DNA of 64,000 bases from Balanoglossus misakiensis (taxonomy: Eukaryota > Animalia > Hemichordata), in the NCBI GenBank assembly GCA_040954595.2, contig CM082595.2, forward strand, positions 9,785,918 to 9,849,917, given 5' to 3'. The notes under the pieces are model-generated. The model did no database searches. It saw only the letters and a program-made list of their open reading frames with translations, and was not told the DNA's origin. The position numbers and the translations under genes were made by a program. Below, in pieces: positions 1 to 11,467 of this stretch (its first letter is position 1; the number at the start of each line of letters is the position of its first letter).

Positions 1-640
1 TTCATCAGTTGTAGTAAAATACAACGTGACTACACTATATACACCAATGAGAATGGCCATGTAATTCAGAGAGTGCTTGATATTAAAACTGTTTCATAGT
101 TGTGGCCTTTACTGCTGATAATTAGGTTACCATAGATACAAGCCCAATGCAACATGACAGGGATAAACATATGCAAAGACAAGATTTAACCCCACCTCCA
201 TAATCAAAATACTACCACAGAGGGCGCTATACTATATGACCATCAACTGAGTATCATTCAAATACTCTGTGCACAGTGGGTAAAGACACATTTGGTTTTT
301 TAGGAGACTTTCACCAGTTGCTGTAAAATACAACGTGACTACACTATATGCACCAATGAGAATGGCCGTGTAATTCAGAGTGCTTGATATTAAAACTGTT
401 TCAAAGCTGTGGCCTTTACTGCTGATAATTAGGTTACCATAGATACAAGTGGAATGGAACCGGACAGGGATAAACATACAAAGGCTAGGTTACCCCCCCC
501 CAAATACTACCACAGAGGGCGCTATACTGATCATCAAGTCTGTACCATTGAAATAAATCTGTGCAGAGTGGGTAAATTAGGCATTTGGTTCTTCAGATTT
601 TCATAAGTTGCACTAAAATGCTATGTGGCCCACTACAAGG
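1..640. repeat. Degenerate tandem repeat, ~290-310 bp unit (2 clear copies plus start of a third)
   Basis: ttca(t/c)cagttg...aaatacaacgtgactacactata starts at 1 and again at 310. ccacagagggcgctatac occurs near 216 and 510. A weaker copy starts near 600. Confidence 0.85.
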
Positions 641-3600
641 ACAAATAAGTCAAAAATGGCAAATTTGACGTTTACTTTGAGGTTGGCATGGGGCAAACGA
701 GACAATACAAGAACACTGAAACTCAATTAGTGAAACACTAAAGTTGTACTTTATTTCTCTAACAAACTTAGAGAAAATTTACATGGCCATCTTTTTACTC
801 AGAGACCTGATGTTGAATAGAAATGTGGTAGTGCAGGTCCACATGAGTGCCGTGTACTAGCCTCTCTCTCTGCAAATCCATCCACAACTTGCATGCAGAT
901 AGTGGGAGTCTGATGTAAGCAACTACTGCAGTTACAGTCAGGACGTAAGTGGGATAATTAAACAGCAGGGGATCATGCAATGCAAACAATTGAACTGGCC
1001 AGTAACGTTTGAATTGCTCATTTGCATACAGTTTTTCAACTTTTTTCACAACGAAAGTTAAGCAACTAGCAACCCATTTCTGACAATTATTTCACCCCAG
1101 GCACATTACTGGTACTATGAGTGTACTACATGTGATTTTTCATGAAGTTTTATCGAGAAGAATTTCTTTACTTCCACTGACAAAATTGTGATCTCGAAAT
1201 TCAAAGTGACCTTGAAGTTACAAAAAAAAAAAATATCAGCCATACCCACACAAAAATTAACCCCCTCAGGTTTTAGAAACATTATTAAACTCCTCTATTC
1301 ATAATTTTGACATGAATATATCCATGCCGAGAGTCAAGGACCACAATTTACTGTGCCATAGGTCAGTCCTGAGAAGTCAGTCAGCGTGAATAGTGTATAG
1401 ACTCCGTATGTAATATGCTAATGAGAGATAACGACACGTTGAAAAGGAAGCCATTACGTCATGGGTTAACATGCGTTGACCTACTTCAATGCATACACAT
1501 ATGGCAAACACGGCTGTACTCGTCGATGGCGAAGGCAATTTTTACACCATCATTACTCCACAACGGAGCGGCTCACACTATTATAATTTCACGGTAACTT
1601 AGTTCAATATCTTCCTAACCTACCCAATTTTTTTCAAGACAAGAAATCTTTGCCGAGAGTCAAGGACCACAATTTAAACCAACATACCGAAACTGTCTTT
1701 CTCGGGAAAGCGTCGTTAAAACTTCACGAAAAATCATCCTATCATTGACTATGGTGTTTCATACACGTCTTAGAAAAATGGGTGCACTACGATCACTTGT
1801 AGTACCGAAAATCTCCGTTTGAAAATTTTTCGAACTGGCCGTAACTGCCACTCAGCGACTTTCACATTCAAATAGATCTCTTTGATCTCACCGCCGTAAT
1901 TACCCCACTTACGTCCTGACTGGTTAATACTTACAAAGTGTATTACCTCCAACACCCCATGGACGGTATCATGTCATCACCAGTAGCTATAGGTTGTTTT
2001 AACACCTTGAGAGAAAAAAATGGATTGTTACTGATAGATTACAAAGCACTGACAATACAAGAGGGGGAGGGGTAAGGTTTGTTGAGAGCAGTTGTTTTTT
2101 GCTAAACATTAGTGAAAATATGAAATTATTGACATGTAGGATTTCAATTTTATGATGTAAGAGTATTTTATAATATCTCACCGGGACTTCAGTTGTCGCT
2201 GTAGTATTTAACCCAAGTTTAACTGTGCCAACCACGTCCATGCATGGCAAGGTTTTCTCTCCCAAAAGTTTCAGTTTGGTATCCCAGTTACCATCAGTTG
2301 CACTTACTCCACGCCTTCTAAGTTGAATGCGATTTACCATCACATGATTCATACTGTGGTGCAAAGACAATTAAAAACATCGATTGTAAGTCATTTAGTA
2401 GTGATACCATTGTGACCAAACCTCGTTTTAAAATACATGTAATCCGTACTCGAAACTATCATTTTTTTTCTTTCTAGAATATTAGAACGCGCTCAAAAAT
2501 AAAAATGCGACCTGTAAGCGAGTGCCGCGTTTCAATTGGTACTGACGATAAACACCGCCACTCGGAGATAAAATCAACGTTTTTTTTAATGCAAGTGAAC
2601 GCATGGAGGCGGCCATATTGAATTTAGGTTACATCCCAAGACATTCCGACTGGGCTTCAGGTGGATTCGGGAAAGGTCTCTAAAACATAATCGGTCATCC
2701 AATTTTGTATACTAAATTTCTAAAAATGTAGGACATGGGAGGTTAACATACCCACAATGACTACACACAAAAAAGGGCCCAGGCGTTTCGGGGTGCGATT
2801 GTTACGTACCTTAGCTCCATCATCTGCAACCATGCAGCCAAGGAGTGGCAGTGAAATTGTGCCTCATTGAGGATACAGTCTAGATCCGGAATTCAGCCAA
2901 TGGCAAACTGTTTAGCGTGCCTTGTATGCAGCAGGATGGCAACGTTCTGGAACTTAAATTCTGGAAAGAAAATCCGAAATAGCTGAACAGATAACAGAAG
3001 AGAGAATACATACAGCTCCGCAACTTTTCCACTGGAAGATATAATACCATTTCCCTCTATGAAAGAGCAAAGGTATGTTATAATCGCACCCCGAAACTTA
3101 TCGGAAGGTCTTCGGATGTAATCCAATATGGCAGCCTCCATGCGATCACGTACATTGAAAATCCATTGATTTCATCGCCGATTACCGATGTTTATCGTCA
3201 ATACCGATTCAAACGCGGCACTCGTTTACAAGTCGCATTTATTTTTGATCGCGTTCCAATATTTTAAACAAACTAGATTACTGATAAAAATGCTCAAAAT
3301 TTTTCCTCCAAATGCCACCTTTACGGATTCAGTCACACAACTTACAGACTACGCCAAACTTTTTTCCAGATCATACCTTGCGGGCGAAAAGCGATGGATA
3401 TACCTGAAAAATTTGTAACAGAATTGTATCATCCGCCACAAATAATGATATCAGAAGTCGAGATATCTCCACAGAAGAAGAGGGTGTGCGTTGTAGGAAA
3501 AGTCCATGATGTGAGTACTGTCAAATGTTGCACAAATAGCCGTTAAACCTGAAATATAGATTGAAAGTGGATATTGTTTTACACAATTTTTGAACAAACA

Positions 3601-3889
3601 GTATAGAAAACATTTTCCAATTTCCGAAAAGTAGCCGTTTTTTAAACTTTTTTCAAGGAAATTAGTGTTTTGTTCACAGTACAATATATTTCGATATTTT
3701 TCTATGATTATTTTCAAGATGTTTGCGAGTGTGCAGAAAGAAAATAATAAACTGTGAAATTTCCATAGAAATAATGAAGGAGCCATCTTTGGGTTGTATG
3801 GATTTGAATATTTCATTGAAAAAAACTAATAATTAAATTATGAATTCAATTAATAGTACAATTTGCAAAAATTGCTAGTCACTCCAGAA

Positions 3890-4458
3890 GGGTCAGTGTC
3901 TGGAAATTTCCAGACACTCAGGGAATGTGAGAGCATGGAAATTTCCAAGCACTGACAAGGGTCAGTGGTCGGAAATTTCCGGACACTCAGGGAATGTGAG
4001 AGCCTGGAAATTTCCAAGCACTGACAAGGGTCAGTGGTCGGAAATTTCCAGACACTCAGGGAATGTGAGAGCCTGGAAATTTCCAAGCACTGACAAGGGT
4101 CAGTGGTCGGAAATTTCCGGACACTCAGGGAATGTGAGAGCCTGGAAATTTCCAAGCACTGACAAGGGTCAGTGGTCGGAAATTTCCAGACACTCAGGGA
4201 ATGTGAGAGCCTGGAAATTTCCAAGCACTGACAAGGGTCAGTGGTCGGAAATTTCCAGACACTCAGGGAATGTGAGAGCTTAGAAATTTCCAAGCACTGA
4301 CAAGGGTCAGTGGTCGGAAATTTCCAGACACTCAGGGAATGTGAGAGCCTAGAAATTTCCAAGCACTGACAGGGTCAGTGGTCGGAAATTTCCAGACACT
4401 CGGGGAATGTGAGAGCCTGGAAATTTCCAAGCATTGACAGGGTCAGTGCTTGGAAATC
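3890..4458. repeat. 69-bp tandem array, ~8 units (left arm of foldback)
   Basis: Unit gggtcagtggtcggaaatttcc(a/g)gacactcagggaatgtgagagcctggaaatttccaagcactgacaa. It gives 23-aa periodic ORFs on both strands. Confidence 0.97.
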
Positions 4459-4476
4459 TTGAGTTTCTCTATCATG

Positions 4477-4897
4477 TTTCAAATTATGGCCTTTAGGAAA
4501 ACGATCTGTTGAGGAACTGCGCCTGTGTTTATATCTTCAACCCTACGGATGAGATTGGTCATTTGACTGCGGTGGCCTCTTCTGCTGTTCTTCTCTCTCT
4601 CCATGCCCGACATCCTGGTCTCGGCACCAACAAATGTACCGCGTACACTTGGGAATAGGTTCGGAATGAAGAGAGAGGGGCGGGATGGCCAACACTTCTT
4701 TATAAACAGTGGTTTGAACTGTGACATTTGGTAACACTGCATAATTCAAGAACAATAGCATTTGGTAGTTGTGAAGTTGTGACTTTGTATACAGAGTAGA
4801 AAGAACAATTATGTCAGATAAACAATACCAATTCCCAATAAACAACTAGTGTATGGGCTAACTCAGAGGAGTTGGTAGGCGAAGCCTGTCATGAACA
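4477..4897 (-). mobile_element. Truncated LTR retrotransposon (BEL/Pao-like): 5' LTR 4897-4635, tRNA-Phe-like PBS, first ~45 codons of gag
   Basis: Minus strand reads TGTTCATGAC...GCGGTACA, then TTTGT-TGGTGCCGAGACCAGG, which resembles the complement of the tRNA-Phe 3' end. It is followed by MSGMEREKNSRRGHRSQMTNLIRRVE, typical of BEL/Pao gag starts. It is absent from the right arm of the foldback. Confidence 0.65.
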
Positions 4898-5370
4898 TTG
4901 TGACGCTAAGGCTCCTTAGACAAACCTGTTGCGTCTGCGGTCCAGATCCGTACCAGAGCTTTTCGCTGAAATTCGATTTTATCGGGAGAATATCCTTTCC
5001 CTGTCTACTAACCGGTTATAACCGACTCCACGATTGACTTCTTCTAACATCCGAACCGCTCGCTTTCTGAAACTTTTGTGTTTACCCATTGAGATAACCT
5101 CACTGTATTCAATATGGCGATCTCAACAGGTAAACACAAGAGAAAATCAGAAAGCGAGCGGCTCGGAAGTTAATTACATCATATTTGGAGTCATTTGTGG
5201 GTAGACGGGGGAAAGATTCCCCCCGATAAAATCGAATCTCGGCCGAAAAGCTGCTGTCCGGATCCGGATCTCAGACGAATCAGTTTTGTCCATGGAGCCT
5301 TGCAGAGATGTGGTGGAAGTCATGTATTAAACTCCGGGAGAACGCAGACCTGTACGGGGGACTACCACGA

Positions 5371-5820
5371 CCCTGTCAGTGCTTGGAAAGTTCAAGGCTC
5401 TCACATTCCCTGAGTGTCTGGAAATTTCCGACCACTGACCCTTGTCAGTGCTTGGAAATTTCCAGGCTCTCACATTCCCTGAGTGTCTGGAAATTTCCGA
5501 CCACTGACCCTTGTCAGTGCTTGGAAATTTCTAAGCTCTCACATTCCCTGAGTGTCTGGAAATTTCCGACCACTGACCCTTGTCAGTGCTTGGAAATTTC
5601 TAAGCTCTCACATTCCCTGAGTGTCTGGAAATTTCCGACCACTGACCCTTGTCAGTGCTTGGAAATTTCTAAGCTCTCACATTCCCTGAGTGTCTGGAAA
5701 TTTCCGACCACTGACCCTTGTCAGTGCTTGGAAATTTCCAGGCTCTCACATTCCCTGAGTGTCTGGAAATTTCCGACCACTGACCCTTGTCAGTGCTTGG
5801 AAATTTCCAAGCTCTCACAT
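5371..5820. repeat. 69-bp tandem array, ~6.5 units, inverted relative to 3890-4458
   Basis: Reverse complement of the same unit, e.g. cccttgtcagtgcttggaaatttc...gagtgtctggaaatttccgaccactga. Confidence 0.97.
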
Positions 5821-8274
5821 GCCGCTGACTCTTTTCCAAGTATTTCAGCTGCAAAATATGGATTTGTCAATTAGCAGTGCTTATTTCCTAAAATTCATAC
5901 GAAATCCAACGGATTTGTGTGATACGGATATTAATCTAACAATTCTTGTAATAAATATTGGGTTTCAGATTTACTTTTTGATGCTATTGTTTTTTCTGGC
6001 GAAATTTTACAAACAATTCACACACTTGCAAATTTTCAATAGAAATATTACTCATGATAAACATGGAGACAAAATTTCATTAGAAAAAAATCAAAAGGAC
6101 TGTCATGTACGTGGCTTTGAAGGAGACTCAGTTTTTTCACAGATAAATTTTAATTTGAGTTTAAAGCCAAAATATGACAAAATGCATTTTTCCTGCTGTA
6201 CAGCTGCAGGAAAGAGACTAAGAATACCTTTATGTAATTTTTTCATTAGAAATTGGCAAAGAATAAGGAATATTTTCATAAATTTCTAACTTTTTCAGCA
6301 GTAATAATGTAAAAAAGAGGTTTTTCGGAAATTGGAAAATGTTTTCTATACTGTTAACATTGAAGTAAAGTATTAGAATGATGGAATCCGATAAAAAAAG
6401 TGAGTTGGTAATTTCGGCATCCGACTTCGTTATTAAAAATGGAAAGGTTTGCGATTCGGTTCAAGTAGTATTTGCAAGTTTGAAAGGAAATATTTCATTG
6501 AAGTACAGTGGCAACTACTGCATTATTGAGAATCTTTGAAATGTTGATGAACGGAGACTTATAATAGAATAAATGAAAACCTACCTTTAACGGTGTTAGG
6601 GTTACTACACCTGACAGACCGCTGGTCTGCGTCCGACCGATTCTGAGCTCCTAGCTCTTGTGGAGACATGCGGAGGTACAGCGGGTTAACGGTTAGGAAG
6701 TGTTGATGAAAGGAATGATTAATTACATAGGCCAATCAGGATCCTGGAGTTAGATATTCGAGTGAAATGGTGGAAAAACGGGAATGCCGATTGGTTCAAT
6801 TTAACCGGAGGGAAATTGCTACATTATATGACGTCAGTTGCGAACGATAATGCATATATTAAGCTAAGGTTGAATCCGGTTTTTCCATCAAGCACAAGCA
6901 TATTTCAGTCATAAAAAAACGAAGAGAATAACACTAAAACAATATTTCCTTTTTAAAAACTTCACTATAGCATTATTATAATGATGTACGTCGTACATAA
7001 AATGATACACGTGACATCGACTTGTTCAGAGTTTTAAAACAGGTAGAGAGTGCCCATGGGTAACCCGAAAACACACAAACCGGGTAAAAAATGAAAGTCC
7101 TGCGAAGGCCAGGAGTATACACTGAAAAATTACAATAAATCTAGTACAAAAGTTTGTTTTCTCACGAATAATTAACTCTGATTGCATAAGTTTATTTCCG
7201 TCTCATTACCTTCTGAAAGCAAATCACTCACTTGCCGGTAAAAGTTGAGTAAAATACTACATCTAAACTGCATAGCGATGGCGGCCCATAAAAATAATTG
7301 CCCAGTGTCCCACTCGCAATGCACAACTTTTTAGGCCAAGTGCTAATGATATTCGAATTTTCGAAGGTTACGCAATATACACATACATGTATAAATATTA
7401 ATTTATGAACAATTTCCAGTGTTCACGCTGGGATTTCTTTCGTTCTAGTTTACTCGTTATATAACGTACCAATTCCCTCCGGTAAGTTGAGCCGATTCCC
7501 ATCACTTTGAGCCAATCGATATTCATGGTTTTTCAGCATTTCAGTCGACTATATTTACACCTGTTGCATGTCTTTGCAGTTTTTGACTTGACGCTTACAA
7601 CCGAGTCGCACCGCACGCAGTACTATCTTGTTGTCTTCATGTTTAGTTGTTGTTTTGCGCACACTATTTGCACAAAAATATCTGCTCGTTTTGTTATCAA
7701 CGATCGAGTATATGTTAGGAAGTCCGACATAGAGAACTTTGTTCTAAATATTCAATGCCCCACAAATGATATACTAGACTGCTCGACACAACACACCCCA
7801 GCCATACTCCATTAGTACACGCCACAAACACCGTATTTATACAGCCTGAGGGATTTCAGCTTCGAACTTATTGCCCAATCATATTCGACTATTTCCAACC
7901 AATCCCCTTCTGACTAATTGACCAATCACACGCTTCGAGCATAATTTCCAAAAAAGGGAAAACTAACGAATTTGCTACATCTTTCCGGTTTCATCTTCAA
8001 CAGTTTCTAACATTTTTTTGGACCCCCCCCCCTCGATAAACACCCATACTCAAAGGGTAACTTCATTTAATTGTCAGTAAATAAAATCAATTCACAGTCT
8101 TATTACATGTACTATTTATAATATACTCAAATTTCCACTACAAAATATCTGTATATGTGCGTTAAATTCTGAAATCTTTCCACCCAAACCTCTAGTTATG
8201 CAAATTTAAATTGCTGTCTGTTGCGTTCGCCTACGGTTTCTCGAGCTCATTTTCGGACATTCGAATCTAACTCC

Positions 8275-8423
8275 TGATTGGCCTATAAACTTATTTCTTT
8301 CATCAACACTTTCTAACCGTTAACCCGCTGTACCTCCGCATGTCTCCACAAGAGCTAGAAGCTCAGAATCGGATGAACGAGACAAGCGGTCTCTCACGTT
8401 TAGTAACCGTAACACCGTTAAAG
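8275..8423 (+). promoter_or_regulatory. Putative promoter (inverted CCAAT + TATAAA) and non-coding first exon of the OB-fold gene
   Basis: ctgattggcc is followed by tataaa (8284-8289). A donor AAG/gtaggt is at 8423/8424 and an acceptor tttttcag at 8695. The block is conserved in the inverted copy (~6580-6740). Confidence 0.5.
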
Positions 8424-8708
8424 GTAGGTTTTCATTGATTCTAATAAGTCTCCGTTCATCAACATTTCAAAAATTCTCCATAACCCAGTAGTTGCCACTG
8501 TGCTTCAATGAAATATTTCCTTTCAAACTTGCAAATGGTAACCGAATCTCAAATCGCAAATCTTTCCATTTTTAATAACGAAGTCGGATGCCGCAATCAC
8601 CAACTCACTTTTTTATCGGACTCCATCATTCTAATACTTTACTTCAATGTTCAAAAATTGTGTAAAACAATATCCACTCTCAATCTATTTTTCAGGTTTA
8701 ACGGCGTT

Positions 8709-8978
8709 ATGGCATCCCCGGCTCCCGGTCCCTCATCCCCAACCAGCCAAGGCGTGGCACTGAAATTGCGCCTCATGGAGGATGTCAAGATCCGGAATTC
8801 CGCCAACGGGAAACTGTTTAGCGTGCCTTGTATGCAGCAGGATGGCAACGTTCTGGAACTTAAATTCTGGAAAGAAAATCCGAAGTGGCTGAACAGATTA
8901 CAGAAGGGAGAATACGTACAGCTCCGCAACTTTTCCACTGGAAGAGATAATACCATTTGCCTCTATGATAGAGCAAAG
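8709..8978 (+). CDS. Coding exon 1 of an OB-fold (RPA/SSB-like) protein
   Basis: Acceptor ttcag at 8695, ATG at 8709, 90 open codons (MASPAPGPSS...VLELKFWKENPKWLNRLQKGEYVQLRNFSTGRDNTICLYDRAK), phase-0 donor AAG/gtacg. The L.L.FW...L..G..V.L.N pattern is OB-fold-like. Confidence 0.6.
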
Positions 8979-9395
8979 GTACGTTATAATCGCACCCCGT
9001 AACTTATGGGCCTGACTTTTTTTTTGCCGTAGTCATTTTGGGTATCTTAACCTCCCATCTTCTACATTTTTAGAAATTTACTCTACAAAATTGAATGACC
9101 CATTACATTTTAGAGACCTTTCCCGAATTCAACCGAAGCCCAATGGGAAGGTCTTCGGATGTAATCCAATATGGCAGCCTCCATGCGATCACGTACATTG
9201 AAAATCCATTTATATGATACAACCATGCCTTGTCAACTCACCTCGGGTCAAAATTACTGCCATCGATTCATCATTTTGCAGTTCAAATTTTAAAGAGCAA
9301 CTGACAAAAAACAACCACTCTTGCACTATTTCTCCACAACATTTACTACTCGTAATTATTAACATTCAATGTTTTCCATTTTATTTCCACTACAG

Positions 9396-9602
9396 TATGA
9401 ATCAGTGACACATACATCGAATTCTACAAAGAGACGTAAACTGACCATAACTGATGGCACAAGAGATGCTGAAGTCAACCTTTGGGGTGAGAAAACAGCG
9501 CTGCCACTGGATGTAGGTGCCACAGTTAAACTAGGCCCATTGGTTATCAACAGATATAAAACATCGTCCACATTAAATACAACAGCGACAACTGAAGTGG
9601 AG
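9396..9602 (+). CDS. Coding exon 2 of the OB-fold (RPA/SSB-like) protein; gene apparently truncated downstream
   Basis: Pyrimidine tract plus tacag acceptor at 9395, 69 open codons KRRKLTITDGTRDAEVNLWGEKTALPLDVGATVKLGPLVINRYKTSSTLNTTATTEVE, donor GAG/gtgag. Matches the RPA-type OB signature (R.l.l.D.tg.i.ltLWge...vG..v...v..y...L.t..t.ie). Confidence 0.7.
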
Positions 9603-9624
9603 GTGAGACATAAAATACTGTTCC

Positions 9625-11044
9625 TGATGCTCCGTGAGAACTGTCAAGTAGCCACCGTTCTAGGCGACATAGGATGGATGTCCACGGTACGGGAGGAGGC
9701 CATGCATGTATACGGGAAGGAAAAGACCGAAGCCAACCTGCCCGTACCATCCGACGCAGCCATAAAAACCTGCACACTACCTCGGGAGTTCAATCCAGGC
9801 CGCGTACGTGGGGGATTCGTTGGCCATATCTCCCCGCAAGAGCCCACAAGAACCACCACCGCAGCTGACGACCTGGAGGAAACTTTGAGCATCTTCCGGG
9901 ATCCGCAGCTGGAAAAACAGGTACTCGGTGGCGACAAGGACCAGGCGATGGAGGTGTCGGAAGGGCCAGACCCACCCCGCACCCGTGTATCACCCCCAAT
10001 AGCAGTAGCGAGAGACGGGGGAAACCAACGGCTGCTGTAGGAGCCATCACCCCCACGCCAAGAAATGCTGCCGCTGCAGTCACTGATCAACCCATTGGAG
10101 CTGGAGGCGACGTTGGAGGCGGGGGAATATCTAATCCCCTGGGAACTTCGACGCCACCCCGGCAGCCCTACTAGGTCCAGATCCCCAACCCGGTCGCCGC
10201 GACCGGAGCGTTCTCGAGAGGAAAGGCGGGACCGCCCACCTTCCCGTGAACGACCATCCTTTTCACGCTGGGGAGATCTCAGCCCCAGACGTCGATCACC
10301 GATCCGGTATCCGACGCCGGAACCGCCCAAAGAAGACGAACGCCGCTGGAGGAGCGCCAGGCCGGCCCGAAGGAGCCCCCTATCCTCTGTTCCACATTAC
10401 TCATCAGGCCCTTCTCCATGTCCGTTCCCGGGAGGCCGGAGGTCCACGCGCAAACTGAAGAAACACGCCTTTCAGTGCCACCTTCCAGTTATTTTTACTG
10501 AGAAGCCGGTAGTATTCCGCGAGCGGGACGCGGTGGAGGCGTTAGAGAAACTCACCTATACTGGCTGTGTGGTCCAGGAAATGAAATACCCGACCTGCTA
10601 GACTTCTATATCCGCAGGGGCGGACCTGGACGGATCCCTACGGAATCCTTTTGTTCACCGGAGTCCATGGTGATGATGAAGCGCCTGTGCGTCTTCCAGG
10701 GGTGGGAGGTGCCGAACAGGTTCCGACTGAGCTCCCCCACCACACCAGCGATTCTCATCCACTGGCGTGTCCTTAGCATACTGCTGAGGTGGGTATCCCA
10801 ATCACGACAGGAAGAATTCCGGGAAATCCGACCTCACCGGAAAACATCATCAATCCGGACACAGCAACCAGAGAGGACGGGGGCGGAAGCAGTCGCACAG
10901 AATCCATCGACGCAGGGGGAGCGAGGATGCGCCAGGGGTTTTTGATGCATTTTTTATCCCCCAAGCGTGCGCGGAGGAGTGCCGAGTGGAAGACGCGCCC
11001 ACCACCATAGATGACCTCACTGACTACGATGTTGGTGTCCCCCC
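9625..11044 (+). pseudogene. Decayed GC-rich ORF (~470 codons; RS/P-rich region, degenerate C2H2 finger, possible start of a TatD-like domain), probably retroelement-derived
   Basis: Sharp GC/CpG jump. One frame reads through a stop at 10038-10040, with frameshifts near 10558 and 10900. Motifs: CPFPG(G)RRSTRKLKKHAFQCHLP, MKRLCVFQGWEVPNRFRLSSPTTPAILIHWRVLSILL, and PGVFDAFFIP...DDLTDYDVGVPP ending at the Gypsy insertion. Confidence 0.5.
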
Positions 11045-11248
11045 TGTTATGTTTCCATCAACATGGGAATAATAATGCGATCATAAGGTATAACAACAAC
11101 CTATTTATTGATCGGCTGAAAAGACTCAACAATGTGCTTCGCCTTATCTGGGCGGAAGTGACGTCGTACAGCAATTCATAAACAAGTGGAACACCAACAA
11201 TGCAACACTAGAGGGCGCTATATTGATCGTAGCTGTCAGAATACTACA
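11045..11248 (-). repeat. 3' LTR
   Basis: tgttatgtttcc...agaatactaca, identical to 15722-15925. AATAAA is on the minus strand. The adjacent PPT (minus AAAGAAGAGGGGA) is at 11249-11261. Confidence 0.97.
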
Positions 11249-11467
11249 TCCCCTCTTCTTTAAGATAAATTGTTTCAAAACTTTTTTTGAATACGAATGT
11301 CACTGTGAATTGTCCTGTGCAAACTCTGCATTCATCTTGAATCAGTCTTTGTCAAAATCAAACGCAACGAACATGAAAAATACTCTGGGAAAAATGTGAT
11401 AAATTTTCCTCTGTATAACTCAACTTTCTGTGGAACAAATGGCGTATCTCAATATCAGAAAAAGCTA

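Larger units (their letters stand above)
3597..6355. mobile_element. Non-autonomous foldback-type DNA transposon (2.76 kb), 4-bp TSD AACA
   Basis: 34-bp perfect TIR aacagtatagaaaacattttccaatttccgaaaa. AACA sits at 3593-3596 and 6356-6359. The empty site (tttttgaacattgaag) is visible in the paralogous copy at 8642-8657. There are opposed 69-bp arrays and an inner hairpin (~4910-5300) centred near 5105. Confidence 0.85.
2160..6770 (-). pseudogene. Rearranged, decayed inverted copy of the OB-fold gene at 8.3-9.6 kb
   Basis: 6356-6770 and 3540-3596 are reverse complements of ~8255-8704 (promoter, first exon, intron). 2600-2812 is the reverse complement of ~8977-9185. 2160-2370 (minus) gives ATDGNWDTKLKLLGEKT...LNTTATTEV, matching exon 9396-9602. 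2815-3095 is a flipped (plus-strand) copy of exon 8709-8978 with in-frame stops. Confidence 0.85.

Noticed and set aside
3850-5874. Periodic 23-aa ORFs (SVWKFPTTDPCQCLEISRLSHSL and the antisense reading)
   Set aside because: A by-product of a 69-bp unit divisible by three. They are open on both strands, lie inside a transposon and have no gene context.
9644-10330. 228-aa minus-strand ORF
   Set aside because: Antisense shadow of the GC-rich plus-strand decayed ORF.
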